A DNA stretch of 64,000 nt from Octopus vulgaris. Its lineage: Eukaryota. The translations under genes were made by a program, and so were the position numbers. The stretch lies in contig OX597819.1 in assembly GCA_951406725.2 (NCBI GenBank), forward strand, positions 36,766,001 to 36,830,000, given 5' to 3'. Below, piece by piece: positions 1 through 14,130 of the stretch; positions within the stretch are counted from its first letter, which is position 1; the number at the start of each line of letters is the position of its first letter. Under the pieces are notes generated by a model, which did no database searches, had not been told where the DNA came from, and saw only the letters and a program-made list of their open reading frames with translations.

Positions 1-869
1 ATTGAAAGTATATGAACTAGCACACCGATGTGATAGCTTCCTCTTTTCCAGCTACTAGTTTTAGGGATTCTGAGAAATGGGTCATCATTGCTGCGTTTCT
101 TCCTGTAACTAAACCATAAAAGACAATTCCCAACCAAACAGACACATTAATATAATAATGCCAACATAACGACTATATTTATTCTCTCTATAAAATTAGC
201 CTCGAAAGTGTTATGTTTATTCAGCCTAACCTTTCCCTCTCTCTTCTGTCGAAACAATAACTAAAGAAACTAAATCCAAATATGTCAGTTCCCTAAGGGT
301 CACTACTATGTTCTAGAAGTGCAGTTAAACTATAAACTCCTAAGCTAAAAGGCAGTTTGCAAGTTTTCAAAACATCTATTGAAACTAATAAAGTTTATGA
401 ACTAAATTTCTGTGTAGAAGTAAATTAAATTCAAATTGCTTTTCCACATATATCTGACCGAATAGACTATATTATCCAATCAACTGTCATGGCCTACAGA
501 CACAACATTAGGAATTTCCTTGCTATAACTTAATTTTCTCAACCAAACAACATCAATTTGTGTGTTTATGTAGTCTGCATGAAAGTGTGTGTGACAACAT
601 ATTTATGTGTATTTGTGCTGTGGAACTCATGTGTGAGTTTAGGGCTGATGTATACGCAGCGTGGTAGCATTTCTGTGTCCGTGTATCATTTTTATATTAA
701 AGCATATTTGATGGCCATGGCACTTAAAGATTTTTACACACATGCACATGTGCGTGCACAAATGTGAAATATATGTATATTCATTCACACACACACACAC
801 TCGAGTGTGTAAGTGTGTGTGCATGTGTGTGTGCGCGTGTGCGTGTGTGCGCATGTGCGTGTGTGCTAA

Positions 870-1130
870 GGCGCGTAGCCTAACAGACGTATAGCATTCA
901 CGATTGCGAAACCGTGGTTTCGATTCCTAGACCGGCTGCGCGTTGTGTTCTTGAGCAAAACATTTCATTCCACTTTGCTCTAATCCACTCAGCCGTAAAT
1001 GACTAAACCTTGCGACGGGACCTTCTGATCAGAGGGAAAGTTGGCTTGCTCACCTAGCCATCGAGGTGCCATCATTGGAACTCTAAAATTATACAAAGTG
1101 CTTTTATATGTGATCAATTTATGGCAACTA
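870..1130 (+). mobile_element. Degenerate tRNA-derived SINE with CORE-like domain
   Basis: B-box-like GGTTTCGATTCC followed by CORE-like TTGTGTTCTTGAGCAAAACATTT...CCACTCAGCCGTAAATG. Confidence 0.6.
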
Positions 1131-1189
1131 CTGAACATTTTTATGCAAAATCTCTGTACGCCATCATGTCCTGCTGCTTATCTTTTTAC

Positions 1190-1570
1190 TCATAATTATG
1201 ATACTGTCTTCAATGAAGTGGATAGTCTCCTACTGGGCATAAGTAGCTATTTGGTTCAGGCTGCAGAGCCATTCAGCTGTAGTATTATGTTGTTCTTGCA
1301 TACTCCATAACTTATACCAAGAAAAAGTTGACTTTCATCAGCATCAGGGACTAATCTTTCATGTTTTTCATCATCATTAATCTCTTGGTAAAATCTTTTT
1401 TGATCGGTTCTAAACAATTTGTTTTGCTGTTATTGCTTAATCCGTTGTTCAAACTTAGTTAGCTTTGCATATTTTGCAAGTATGCTCTGCTTCAGTTCTT
1501 CAATTACAACATTCAGACCTTTTGTTTCTACACCATATTTCTTCCTAACTTTTTCGAATTTCCATTGTCT
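1190..1570 (-). pseudogene. R4/Dong-like non-LTR retrotransposon ORF fragment (region upstream of RT)
   Basis: Minus-strand translation KQSILAKYAKLTKFEQRIKQ*QQNKLFRTDQKRFYQEI...VPDADES..LWSMQEQHNTTAEWL aligns to KQKVSAKAARIARYERRVRFFKDNNMFKNNTKNFYRKI...VPSKEEV..IWAEEKTHNEKAPWI in the 59900 ORF; contains stops. Confidence 0.75.
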
Positions 1571-1574
1571 TAAT

Positions 1575-1850
1575 TTATTTCGTTTTGGGATTTGGTTTGC
1601 AAGATTCTTTATATGAGTTCGTGTGTTGAAGCATATTCTGTTGTGTCTGGGGAGAGTCGTTCTCTTTTAGTGCCTTATAATTTAACACACTCACCGGTAA
1701 AATTTCCACTTATTTCTTTTTTATCTTTCCAAAATTTTCGTTGCGTCTTGCAAACTTTTCAATAGTTTTGAGTCAAATAAGTGGAAATTTTACCGATGAG
1801 TGTATTAAATTATAAGGCACTAAAAGAGAATGACTCTCCCCAGACAAAAC
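1575..1850. repeat. Repeat fragment with 72-bp inverted arms (1644-1715 / 1775-1846), possibly a Penelope-type inverted terminus
   Basis: TGTCTGGGGAGAGTC...CCACTTATTT is the reverse complement of AAATAAGTGG...GACTCTCCCCAGACA; the same family recurs rearranged at 50824-50897. Confidence 0.7.
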
Positions 1851-1898
1851 ATTCAGTCTTAAATTCTTCATTTCTTTTCCTGACGAGTATTGACACTA

Positions 1899-2100
1899 CA
1901 GGTGGCAGAATCGTTAGCGAGTTAAACGAAATACTTAGCGGAATTTTGCCCGTTGCTGCATTCTGATTTCAAATTCTGCCGAAGTCGACTTTGCCTTCCA
2001 TCCTCCCGGGGTTGATAAATTAAGTACCAGTAAAATATTGGGGTCGGTGTGAACACTATCCCCTCCCCACAAATTCCAGGCCTTGTGTCTTTAGTAGAAA
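1899..2100 (+). mobile_element. tRNA-derived SINE with Meta-like domain
   Basis: GGCAGAATCGTTAGC head, TTCAAATTCTGCCGAAGTCGACTTTGCCTTCCATCC...GATAAATTAAGTACCAG body. Confidence 0.8.
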
Positions 2101-2216
<116 letters not shown>

Positions 2217-2435
2217 GAAGGTGGCGAACTGGCAGAATCGTTAGCGCGCCGTACGAAATGCTTAGCGGTATTTCTCCCACCACTACTTCTGAGTTCAAAT
2301 TCCGCCGTGGTCGGCTTTGCCTTTCAACCTTTTCGGGGGCGATAAATTAAGCACCAGTTACGCACTGGAGTCGATATATTTGACTCATCTCCACCCACCT
2401 CAAATTGCTACACTTATGGCAAAATTTGAAAGCAT
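2217..2435 (+). mobile_element. tRNA-derived SINE with Meta-like domain
   Basis: GAAGGTGGCGAACTGGCAGAATCGTTAGC...GAGTTCAAATTCCGCCG...GCCTTTCAACCTTTTCGGGGGCGATAAATTAAG; same family as 48277. Confidence 0.85.
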
Positions 2436-3341
2436 TATGATGATTATTATTGTTGAGTGAGAAAGCAGTGCATGCCATCAAAGTGGCACTGGGTCAAAAT
2501 ATACGAAGACTAGTATCCCCATCATGACTACTCGTCTGATAAACGTACACCAGGTACATGCATCACAACCATATGTGCACGACATGATCTCATATCAAGA
2601 TGAACAACGCATGACCTTCCAGATGGGGCCCAGTTACAATTTTCTTCAGGTCGAGTAGCCTATCCGGGTCAAAATAAGGGTTGTTTAAGGATTATGAACA
2701 AAACACCCATGTTTCCAAAGGTGAATTATCAAAACCCCAAAGAATTCCTCTCAGCTCATGCTCGTGATCAGAGATGCACACATCATCAGCCACTAAAGGA
2801 CATGGTTAAAGTTAAGCAACTGACAAGAAAATCTGTGTTATTGAGCGGAATATTTGCTGTAGCCCATCTTTTATACCAAGACAAAACAACGTACATGATA
2901 ACACTTTCAATCAGTTAAAATCAGAAGCCATGAGAGCAACTGCCTGGTACAGCATCAGAGCCACTGCCTAGTACTGTATCAAAGCTACTGCCTGGCACTG
3001 CATCAGTTATCATCATCATCATCATCTCATCAACTTCTTAAACTATCATCCGAAGAGAAAGGCGAGGGTAGAGAGGGAGGTGCTGTCTTGTAGCGTGTTT
3101 AACAAAAGGTTGGCCTGAGTGGAAAAACTAGTGAGGCTAAATGGATCAACTCTGAGTATACTTTTCTAAATAGGAAAGAAACAGGAAGATGGAACTTCAC
3201 AGGTCTTGAGGATGGCGGAGTAATCAGGGACTTTTTGTGTGGCGTCGATTTAATCGACTTAATCTCTTCCCCGAAATTGGTGGTCTGGTGCCAAAATTTG
3301 AAACCATCATTGTTGCTGTCGCTGTTGATGGTGTTGCTACT

Positions 3342-3471
<130 letters not shown>

Positions 3472-3668
3472 CGTATGTCCTGAATTTCATACCAATAGAG
3501 AAATGTTTTCATGTTAAAAGTCTGCTAAATTCGGACACAAAGAAAGCCTGCAATATATGAATTCTTTGGATTCTAATGGTTATTTCCGGTGGAAAGGATA
3601 CGTACAAATATTTATTACCAATCGTACACTTGTCCACGCACACACATACTATATATATATACATATAT

Positions 3669-3701
<33 letters not shown>

Positions 3702-3744
3702 TATATATACATATATACATATATATATATATACATATATATAC

Positions 3745-3798
<54 letters not shown>

Positions 3799-3820
3799 TA
3801 TATACATACACATAAATAAC

Positions 3821-4283
<463 letters not shown>

Positions 4284-4411
4284 ATGGAAGAAAATGAATA
4301 TGCGCAAAACATTGAAAATTCAAATGTTTCAGAGTATTATATTTTAAAATTTATTTCAATTCCCATTCAAAATCTATTTTTCGTTACACGCTCTCTCTCT
4401 CTTTCTCGCAC

Positions 4412-4449
<38 letters not shown>

Positions 4450-4582
4450 ACACACATACACACACATACACACGCACATACATACACACACACACAAGCG
4501 CATATGCACATGTACATACACATATAGAGATACAGCCAGAGAAATAAGCATGCATATGTGTGTCGTGCGTGCGTGCGTGTCT

Positions 4583-4626
<44 letters not shown>

Positions 4627-4627
<1 letters not shown>

Positions 4628-4924
4628 GAGACACATGGCCTAGTGTTTACAGCAGCGGACTCGCGGTCCAGGGATCGCGGGTTCGAATCTCAGACCGAGT
4701 GATGTGTGTGTTTATGAGCGAAACACCGAAGTTCCACGCGGCTCCGGCAGAAGATAATGGCCAACTTCTGTTATTCTTTCGCCACAACTTTCTCTCACTC
4801 TTCCTCTTGCATCTAACAGCTCACCTGCGACGAACTGGCGTCCCGTACAGGTGGGGCACCCATACGCCTATGTAACAGGGAAACCGGCCCTTATGATCCA
4901 GGCATGGCTAGAGAAGGAACAAAC
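4627..4924 (+). mobile_element. tRNA-derived SINE (third family)
   Basis: A box TGGCCTAGTG, B box GGTTCGAATCTC; body shared with the 11167-11428 copy. Confidence 0.8.
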
Positions 4925-5289
4925 TATATATATATACATATACATGAGAAGTGTGTATAATTAAGAATAAATCACAGTTAGAACGAAGAGGGTTGCAAAA
5001 ACCCTTATATGTCGAGAAATAGCAGTCAAAACCACTATAAAGTCACTATAAACACTCATAGTCTATCTCTTCACGATAAAGTTGTCGGCGGGTGAGCTGA
5101 CATAATGTTTACAACTTAAAAACAAAAGTTTATTTCTCTATTGTACTTTCGAAGTTAGGAGCCTAACGATTCCACTCATGTCTTCAGAATTTGAATGTGT
5201 ATATAGAGGTTGACACATTATTCTTGCCGGTCGGGACACATGTGAGCCCCAAAGTGTGTTCTTTGTGTAAATTTCTATCTACAGGAATA

Positions 5290-6036
5290 TTCAATAAAAT
5301 TGCCATAGGCTTCAACCACGGCCTCCAGACAATTTTGGAATCGCCTGTTTAAGTTGGTAAATACTGTCACAATCCTTGTCTTCAGTTCATCTTTGATGTT
5401 GCAAGGAATTTTGTTGGTCTCTCGCTCAACTGCGCCCCACACATAATAATCAAGGGGATTGCAGTCTGGGGAGTTAGGTGGCCAGATGTTAGGGGTGATG
5501 TGGTCACAGTAATCGTCTGACAGCCATGAGTGGGGTCTCCTGCTTGTGTGGTATTATGCAGAGTCTTGTTGCCCTCTTGACACAGGGCAGCACTTGTTGC
5601 CCTCTTGACACAGAGTCTTGTTGCCCTCTTGACACAGGGCAGCACTGTCTTTCCCAGGTACTTCATGTAGACCTCCGTATTGAGTCTGAGGCCATGTGGG
5701 AAGGTAAATGGAGGCATAAACATCGCTGTCAATAGTGATCACTCCAGACACCATAACGTTTACTGGATGTTTGACTTTTATCACTCACGATACATGTCCT
5801 CAGATTGACACCTAAACACTCTGAAATGTTCGCATTCGAGCTCCTGGCGCGAATGCCAAGCAGTACAGCATGTCGTTTCCAAATTTCTGGCAGAGTGAAT
5901 TACGTCATGGTGCTGTTTTACTCACAGACGGTGCCCAACTAATCCTACCATAGAGTGTAGTCGACAAAATCAAAAACAAACAAAGCACGTGCGTTTAATT
6001 AAAATATAAAATGACGACAATTTACCTATCGCATTT

Positions 6037-6037
<1 letters not shown>
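5290..6037 (-). mobile_element. Decayed Tc1/mariner-superfamily transposon, maT/DD37D-like
   Basis: Minus strand encodes KHPVNVMVSGVIT, MPPFTFPHGLRLNTEVYMKYL, QQDSA and PNSPDCNPLDYYVWGAVERETNK in different frames; internal direct duplication at 5559-5646; abuts (TA)n. Confidence 0.8.
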
Positions 6038-6089
<52 letters not shown>

Positions 6090-6387
6090 ACGTATGTATG
6101 TATATATATACACACACATGCATACACGTATACAGCCATACATAAATGTACATATACTTAAATATGTGCACATATATACAAGTTAACTGACAGAGTAATG
6201 AATGTTTACAAGTGAGAAAGAAAGAGAGGGAGCTGGAGATATAATGAGAGAAAACTGAAGGCACAGGGAGATAGTGACAGAGAGATGAGTACGCAGGGGG
6301 TGCGTATTGATCAAAATATGCCAAGATACATAAATATTTATGCAGGCATGGAAAATGCATGCACGTGTGTGTGTGTGTGTGTGTGTA

Positions 6388-6425
<38 letters not shown>

Positions 6426-6832
6426 TATGTTTGTATCTATATGCATATGTATGAAGGGGAAAAGCACTTAGCCACGATATAATATGTAATATATTGAGCT
6501 TTATGTCTTCATGATATAAATGTTATCATCGTAATATCATCAAATTTAACAGAATATTCTATGCAATATTCAGGAGATTTAATTATAGGTTTTTAGTACT
6601 TCTGCTTTCGGCAGAAGTAAAAAGTAATTCTTGAAGTCATAAAAGCTTTTTAGAAATGAAAGTTTCGTAAGAAAATGACAATATAGAAACACATATATTA
6701 CGCACTTGTCCATGCATACGAATGTATTTATTAATGTAAGTACATATATTTGTATAGGCAAACACAAACACACACACAAGCGCATATATATATAAATGCA
6801 TACAAATATGTATATATATATATATGTGTGTG

Positions 6833-6886
<54 letters not shown>

Positions 6887-7001
6887 TATACATACATACA
6901 CACTTACACACATACACATGTGTATGCATATATGTGTGTGTGTGTGTGTGTGCGTATGTGTGTGTGCATACAAACATACAACATTCATGTATCTCTGCGT
7001 A

Positions 7002-7100
<99 letters not shown>

Positions 7101-7127
7101 CATGTATGTATATATGTAAATGTGATA

Positions 7128-7462
7128 TGTGACAATTATTCGGTAGCCATGATAAAACTCCGAGTTTCGGATGTCAGGATGGAAATCCGCAATCCACGCC
7201 GCCATCTTTTCAGTTATCCGGCCATCGGAAAAGTGCTATGGAAATGACCATTAAACGAAGGGAAATTACTGTGTGATTAACCGTTATTAAGACAAAAGAG
7301 CAATTTGAATGACCGCTAAGTGAAGGGAGGTCGTAAAAGTATGGGGGTAAAAATGTTCATAGTATTCGCGTAAGCTCGTATGTCCATATCTACACATAAG
7401 CGCCTGAACACCCACGTACATGCGCCTCGGACTTTCATCATGGCTACCGAATAATAGTGACA
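7128..7462. mobile_element. MITE with ~35-bp TIRs and TA target duplication
   Basis: TA|TGTGACAATTATTCGGTAGCCATGAT ... ATCATGGCTACCGAATAATAGTGACA|TA. Confidence 0.85.
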
Positions 7463-8089
7463 TACTACATTTACAGATGAATTCCTGTATTTACATAATA
7501 TCGAGGTCTCTTTCATTCTTTTGTTGTCTTACTATTTCTATCAATATATATATGATACATCCATAAAGCACAACGAACACCCTGTTTGTTTACTTTATTG
7601 TAAAAAAAATAATCCTTGAATATTTATTGTGCGACTTTTAACTCTCTTTACACTTGCTCTTTCTCTTTCCACCTTTACTCTTACCCTATCTCTTTCTCCA
7701 CACTTAGTCTCTCTTTCTGCATGTGCTTGCCTCCCTTGTACCTTTCTCTTCTCCATTTCTTCCTGTTTTCTCTCTTTCCGTGCTCCTCTTTCTCTCTTAG
7801 TATATTTCTTTCCACCTCTACTCTTACTCTATCTTTTCTCCACTCTTACTCTCTCTTTTCACCCTTGCTTGCCTCCCTTTCACTCTGTTTTCCCCACTCC
7901 CTCTGCTCTTTCGTGATCTATGTCTCTCCCCTCCTCTCTCCATACGTCATCTTCCCTACCCCGTGACCGGTGTCCGGTGAAAGCGGTGTTAATCTTTTTC
8001 GCCGTGCCTTTCACCAAAACGGCCATGCTGATCTCGGCTCCTGTTACGACCATTAGGACTTATTCTATTTCACCCTGCGTATCTGTGCG

Positions 8090-8228
<139 letters not shown>

Positions 8229-8819
8229 TCGCATAATCATAGATATACATATCCATACATATACACAAAAATATTTACAATTACATGTATTTATGCTTTT
8301 CAGCACACATACATGAGTAATTAAATATAGATTATTATATATAGATAAAAAAACATCAATATACATATTTGTGTTCTAAGCAAACACATATATCTGACTC
8401 ATGAGTTCGATAGCTGCAAGGATCATTTCTGTCGTAGTTGTGGTGTTTGAATAATTATTGTTATTCTTTACTTCCGCTTCATATAGCCGTAAGGCCTTCG
8501 TGCATAATTCTTCGACTGTTGTATTTATATAATGTCTTGTTTCTATCTCAGTATACTTTCGCTAGCATTTTCCCAGTGGCTTGATAGCAGGCACCTTCAG
8601 GATTGAGTGGTCTTAATGATAATGGCGCAAAACCACGACGATACTTTGACACATTGACTGATGAGGAAAAGTTAGCTGCGAATATTTCGTGTATCGTGTC
8701 CTTCTCTATGTTCCCCGTCCGATAAGTTTTCGTCTAGTTTCCCGTTCGTTCTGCTTTCGTCTAACTTTTCTCCTCCTTGTTGTGTTCTGCCTGTTCAACC
8801 CTTGATATATATATATCCA

Positions 8820-9635
8820 CACACAAATATAAGTGAGAATCCACTATGTGGACGCTCTTGCGCTAAAAATAGATCCAATTTAACACCAAGTGGTTTAGCG
8901 CATAAAAACTGGGATTGTTTCACTCTTAATAAATTATGCAATTTTACTTACACAATAAATCTACAGATCATCAGTAGGATTCGTCATGAATATAATTTGT
9001 TGAACTGCACGCCAGTTTACTGAATCCCAGTTTTTAAGCGCTAAACCACTTGGTGTTAAATTGGTGTTATTAAATTAATATCCAATTTTTTCACCCTTAT
9101 TTTTGATTTTAATTATAAATTACTATGTTCTCAAACTGGTACTAACTACTGCAGTAAACTATTTATGCATTATTTGTTTCCAGAATTTTGGCGCGCTAGA
9201 ACGAGTTCATTTGAACATAACTGCAAATATAATAGGCTGAACTTCTCGTGTGTTTGACTTCGTGTTAATATCTGGCTTGCAGGTCAACAAATTATATTCA
9301 TGACGAATCCTACTAATGATCTGTATATTTATTGTGTAAGTAAAATTGCATAATTTATTAACAGTGAAACAATTGTCTAGGGTTAATCTACATTTTTGTT
9401 ATTTTTCATTTGTCCTGCTCGCTTACGTTCATGGTTGTGTTAATTTTTCTTGAGAACAATTATTAGTGATGGAGACCATTGCGGATCTATCTTTAGCGCA
9501 AGAGCGTCCACATAGTGGATTCTCTCTTATATTTGTGTATTAATATTTACTGAATCCCAGTTTAACCTCTTGGTGTTAAATTGGTGTTATTAAATTAATA
9601 TCCAATTTTTTCACCCTTATCTTTTATTTTAATTA
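8820..9635. repeat. Rearranged repeat with three inverted segment pairs and a direct duplication
   Basis: 8820-8876 is the reverse complement (rc) of 9483-9538; 8877-8916 rc of 9024-9062; 8915-9003 rc of 9284-9373; 9016-9117 duplicated with a deletion at 9547-9635. Confidence 0.85.
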
Positions 9636-10782
9636 TATACATATGTATATACTGAGTGAGATGAGCGTGTGTGTATGTATGGGTATATACATATATACCC
9701 ATAATACATACACACGCATACATACATACATACATACATACATACATACATACATACATACATACATACATACATACATACATACATACATACATACATA
9801 CATACGTACGTACAGCTGTACATCTATACATATGTAGACATAGATTAATGCAATTTAGTGTGTGTGTTTTTGTGTAGATTAGTGTGGGTGTTTTTGTGTA
9901 TGCATATTTGAGAATAGCATCATGATGTAGAATTCAGTTGTGATATTTTTAGTGCAATATAAAAATTGTATGATTTTAAACATAATCAAAAGTAATTTCC
10001 ATAGACTCTATCAGGACATACTGTGTGTAGTTTACAGATGAGATTTATAAATTCATGAAATTATTAATCAAGATTTTGCTAATTATATGAACAATACCAC
10101 TTATTACCTCTCTACTTCTCATTTTCGACGGGATGGATAAAATGGAAGATCTTCGTAAATATTGTCCCCAACATTGACATGCAACACAGAAAAAGAAAAA
10201 CATCATAAAAGGAAGAAGAATTCTAGGTACTGAGAGGTTCCTGCATCCCTTGTTCAAACCTTCGGATCAGGAACTTATACAGCTGTTTAATTGCTGTGTT
10301 TTAAGTGTTTGAATACCTGCAGTTGTACAAACACTTGTGAAAAGTGTGGTGAAGAATGACGAAAGTCAGGATTTTCTAAGCGGTTAGAATTTTCTTACTG
10401 CTTGTTCTATCAATATTTCTATTTGTGACAAAACGGAGAAACGACTGAATGAGAAATTGTGCCTCGTTACAATTATTTGATATTAATGATAGACGAATAT
10501 GCAAAACTGATATTATGGACACGAAAGTTCTTCCATTAATTCCAAAAATGATGTTTAAATCTTTTTTTCATTGTTTAAAGCATATGTGAGACAATTCTTA
10601 ATCTGAAGATGATGTCAATATTTTTTGATCTTGTATTATACGTATTATCTATTGCAAGAAAATCAAATGGTTTTAAAGTAATGGCCCGTTTGACACAGTC
10701 ACTTCTGTGGACTGACACTTCTGTACCAAATAGAAATATATGACAAGGAAAATAACTTTCTATGAACTCGTTTTTATATATC

Positions 10783-10944
10783 AGGCGTAGAAGTGGCTGT
10801 GTGGTAAGGTGCTTGCTTACCGACCACATGGTTCCGGATTCAGTCCCACTGTGTGACACCTTGGCCAAGTGTCTTCTACTATAACCGACCAAAGCCTTGT
10901 GGGTGGATTTGGTAGACGGAGCTGAAAGATGAATGAAGCCCGTC

Positions 10945-10986
<42 letters not shown>

Positions 10987-11166
10987 GACGGGCTTCTTTC
11001 ATCTTTCAGCTCCGTCTACCAAATCCACCCACAAGGCTTTGGTCGGCTATAGTAGAAGACACTTGCCCAAGGTGTTATATATATATATATACGACGGGCT
11101 TCTTTCATCTTTCAGCTCCGTCTACCAAATCCACCCACAAGGCTTTGGTCGGCTATAGTAGAAGAC
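10783..11166 (+). mobile_element. CORE-type SINE 5' half followed by two inverted copies of itself
   Basis: 10856-10946 is the rc of 10985-11075 around a (TA)n centre; third partial inverted copy at 11091-11166. Confidence 0.9.
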
Positions 11167-11528
<362 letters not shown>

Positions 11529-11537
11529 CATATGTAC

Positions 11538-11598
<61 letters not shown>

Positions 11599-12003
11599 TG
11601 TGTATGTATATGTGTCTGTGTTTGCTACCCCAACATCGTTTGGTAACCGATGCTGGTGTGTTTACGTCCCCGTAACTTAGTGGTTCGGCAAAACAGAAGT
11701 GAACTAGCTTCCATCGTTTTGAGGTCGATAGAAATATAACAATCCAGGGTGGTAGATTGACGGAACTGTTTAGAGTGTCAGGCCTTTGCATTATCTCTTC
11801 TGGCTCTGTATTCTGAGAGCGGCACTGGTACCAAGTTGTATTGGATCAAGTCAGCAGTCTTTCCATCGGTGGTGTGAAAAGAGGAGACCTGCATGCATAG
11901 CCAATTACCATTCTTCCACAGATACCCTCGCCCATAGGTACTCATGTGTGCGTAATTGTATGAGGTCTCTGTTGGTTAGGGTTACGTATGTTTGTAAATA
12001 TGC

Positions 12004-12049
<46 letters not shown>

Positions 12050-12051
<2 letters not shown>

Positions 12052-14130
12052 TGATCAAAATAAAAACATGATGCCAAGGATTCAGCGGTACATATGTTTC
12101 GGGCCTTTATTAGACAGATTTATAACAATGCATAATGTATGTCTGTGGCCTTCTTCAGCCGCGCACAACAACTTCCACAAGGACATGTGTTACATCAAAA
12201 ATTCTTGGTTGGGGATGCAAATCCTCTCATTCGCGTACGACATAATGCGGCAACAGCATAGAATTGAAGCGTCCATCTCGTTCTTCTCTCAATGTAGAAT
12301 GAGGAAATTTGGATGTTGAAGTAATGTAAATAAATTAATAAATAAATACATATATAGACGTGAAGGAACCTGGTAATAAGAGTAAATAGGGGTAAAGATG
12401 GAGGGGCGAGAATTCAGGACGAAGGATAAAAAATATATAAAAAGTGTAAGTATAGAAAAATATAAAAGTGTAGAGTATAAAGATATAAAGAGATATAAGG
12501 AGATATAAAGGGGATATAAAGAATATAAAAAAATATAAATGAATATAAAGGTATAAAGTTATAAAGTAAAAATAGAAATAGAAATAAAAGTAAAAATAGA
12601 AATAAATAAAAATAGAAATAAAAATAAAAATAGGAATAAAAATAATAAAAAATGTAAAAGAATATAAGGATAAGGGATGTATAGTGGTTACGGACCAAAC
12701 ATGGTGGTCAGGAAAATGACAAAATTTAGTTGTAGAAGTTTTGGGTGTCAATAAATCAACAGGGGCGTCTGGGGACTTAGTGTATTGTAAATCAGAGCTG
12801 TTGAGCAGCTAATCTAGTTCCTTGAATTAAGTGGACACCTTGTACATACATACCAGCATGGATACATACACCCATATACACGCGCACATATACGCACGCA
12901 TACACAGCTCCAAGCATATAAGCATACATACGTACTTACGTGTAAACATATACAGAAACACATATACACCCACACACATGCGCATATATACATACATACA
13001 ACAGAATATGCGTATATATACACGGACATTATACGTGTACATATACATATATACATATATACACACACACGCACATACACATATACATATACACATACAC
13101 ATATGCATACATATATGCACATGTATACATATACATACATACGCATATACACCCACCTATATATACATACGTACGTCCATCCTTACATACACATACACAG
13201 ATGCCCACACATACAGGTTTAGATATAAGATATTAAAAGATGTATACAAATATGTGTAAACATATGCATATAAGAAATCTGCGAAAACATGTAAAAAATC
13301 ATGTAAAAAAAACATGTAAAAAAATTTTTTAAATTATTAAAGAAAATTATTAAAGAAAATTATTAAAGAAGAGTAACGGGGTATGCACATCCAGACGTAG
13401 ATGTTTACTCGTACATACGTACACATATGTATACGTATACATACGTACACGGACGCACGTATAATCATAAAGCGGATCCATAGATAAGTAAATAAGGGGT
13501 AAGCAAAAAATAGACATATATAGAGATATAAAGCGATAAGTTAGGGGTAAAAATAGGAGTAAGAATGAGGGTAAGAATAAAAATTAGAAATAAAAGTAAG
13601 AAATACAATATAAAATAAGAAATACAATATAAAAGTTAGAAATAAAATATAAAAATTATAAGAACTATAAGAATTAAAATAAGGAATGAAAAGTAAAAAT
13701 AAGAATAAAGGTAAAGCGAAATAGAATAGGATAAAGTAAAATAAAAATATAATCGGGTAAAGCTTAACATGAGATGAAGGAAAAAATAAAAGGTGGTTGA
13801 AAGTGTAAAGTTAAAGGTGTGTGCTAAAGGTGACCACGTAGGGGCGGGCGGGGGGACCTGAAAATTGGAAGGGTGGGAAGTGGAGTTTGGCGGTGTGCGC
13901 TCAACATCCGAGTTAGAAATGTGAAAAGGTATAGATATAGGGAACAAAGAGTCTAGATAGGAAGAATGTAGGTGTAGGAGAAGAAATATATAGGGAAAAA
14001 AACATATATGGGAGACATATATATATATATAGTAAACGGTTGGTTACAATAAAGGAGAAGAGAATGAGAGATGAGTGTGAGAGGCCTGTGAAAATCTCAG
14101 TGCATGAATAAAATACCCACATTTTTTTCA
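12050..14130 (-). mobile_element. Probable Penelope-like element 3' region / pseudo-LTR with long low-complexity UTR
   Basis: Contains the hammerhead, starts at a (TA)n tract, strongly strand-skewed low-complexity body; far end resembles a GIY-YIG C-terminus (YFIHALR..GL) only weakly. Confidence 0.45.
12085..12162 (-). ncRNA. Type I hammerhead ribozyme, Penelope-like minimal form
   Basis: Minus strand GCGG-CTGAAGA-AGGCC...GGCCC-GAAAC-ATAT-GTA-CCGC: intact core, stem I GCGG/CCGC, GGCC/GGCC stem II with long insert, short stem III within palindrome ACATATGT, GUA triplet. Confidence 0.8.
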
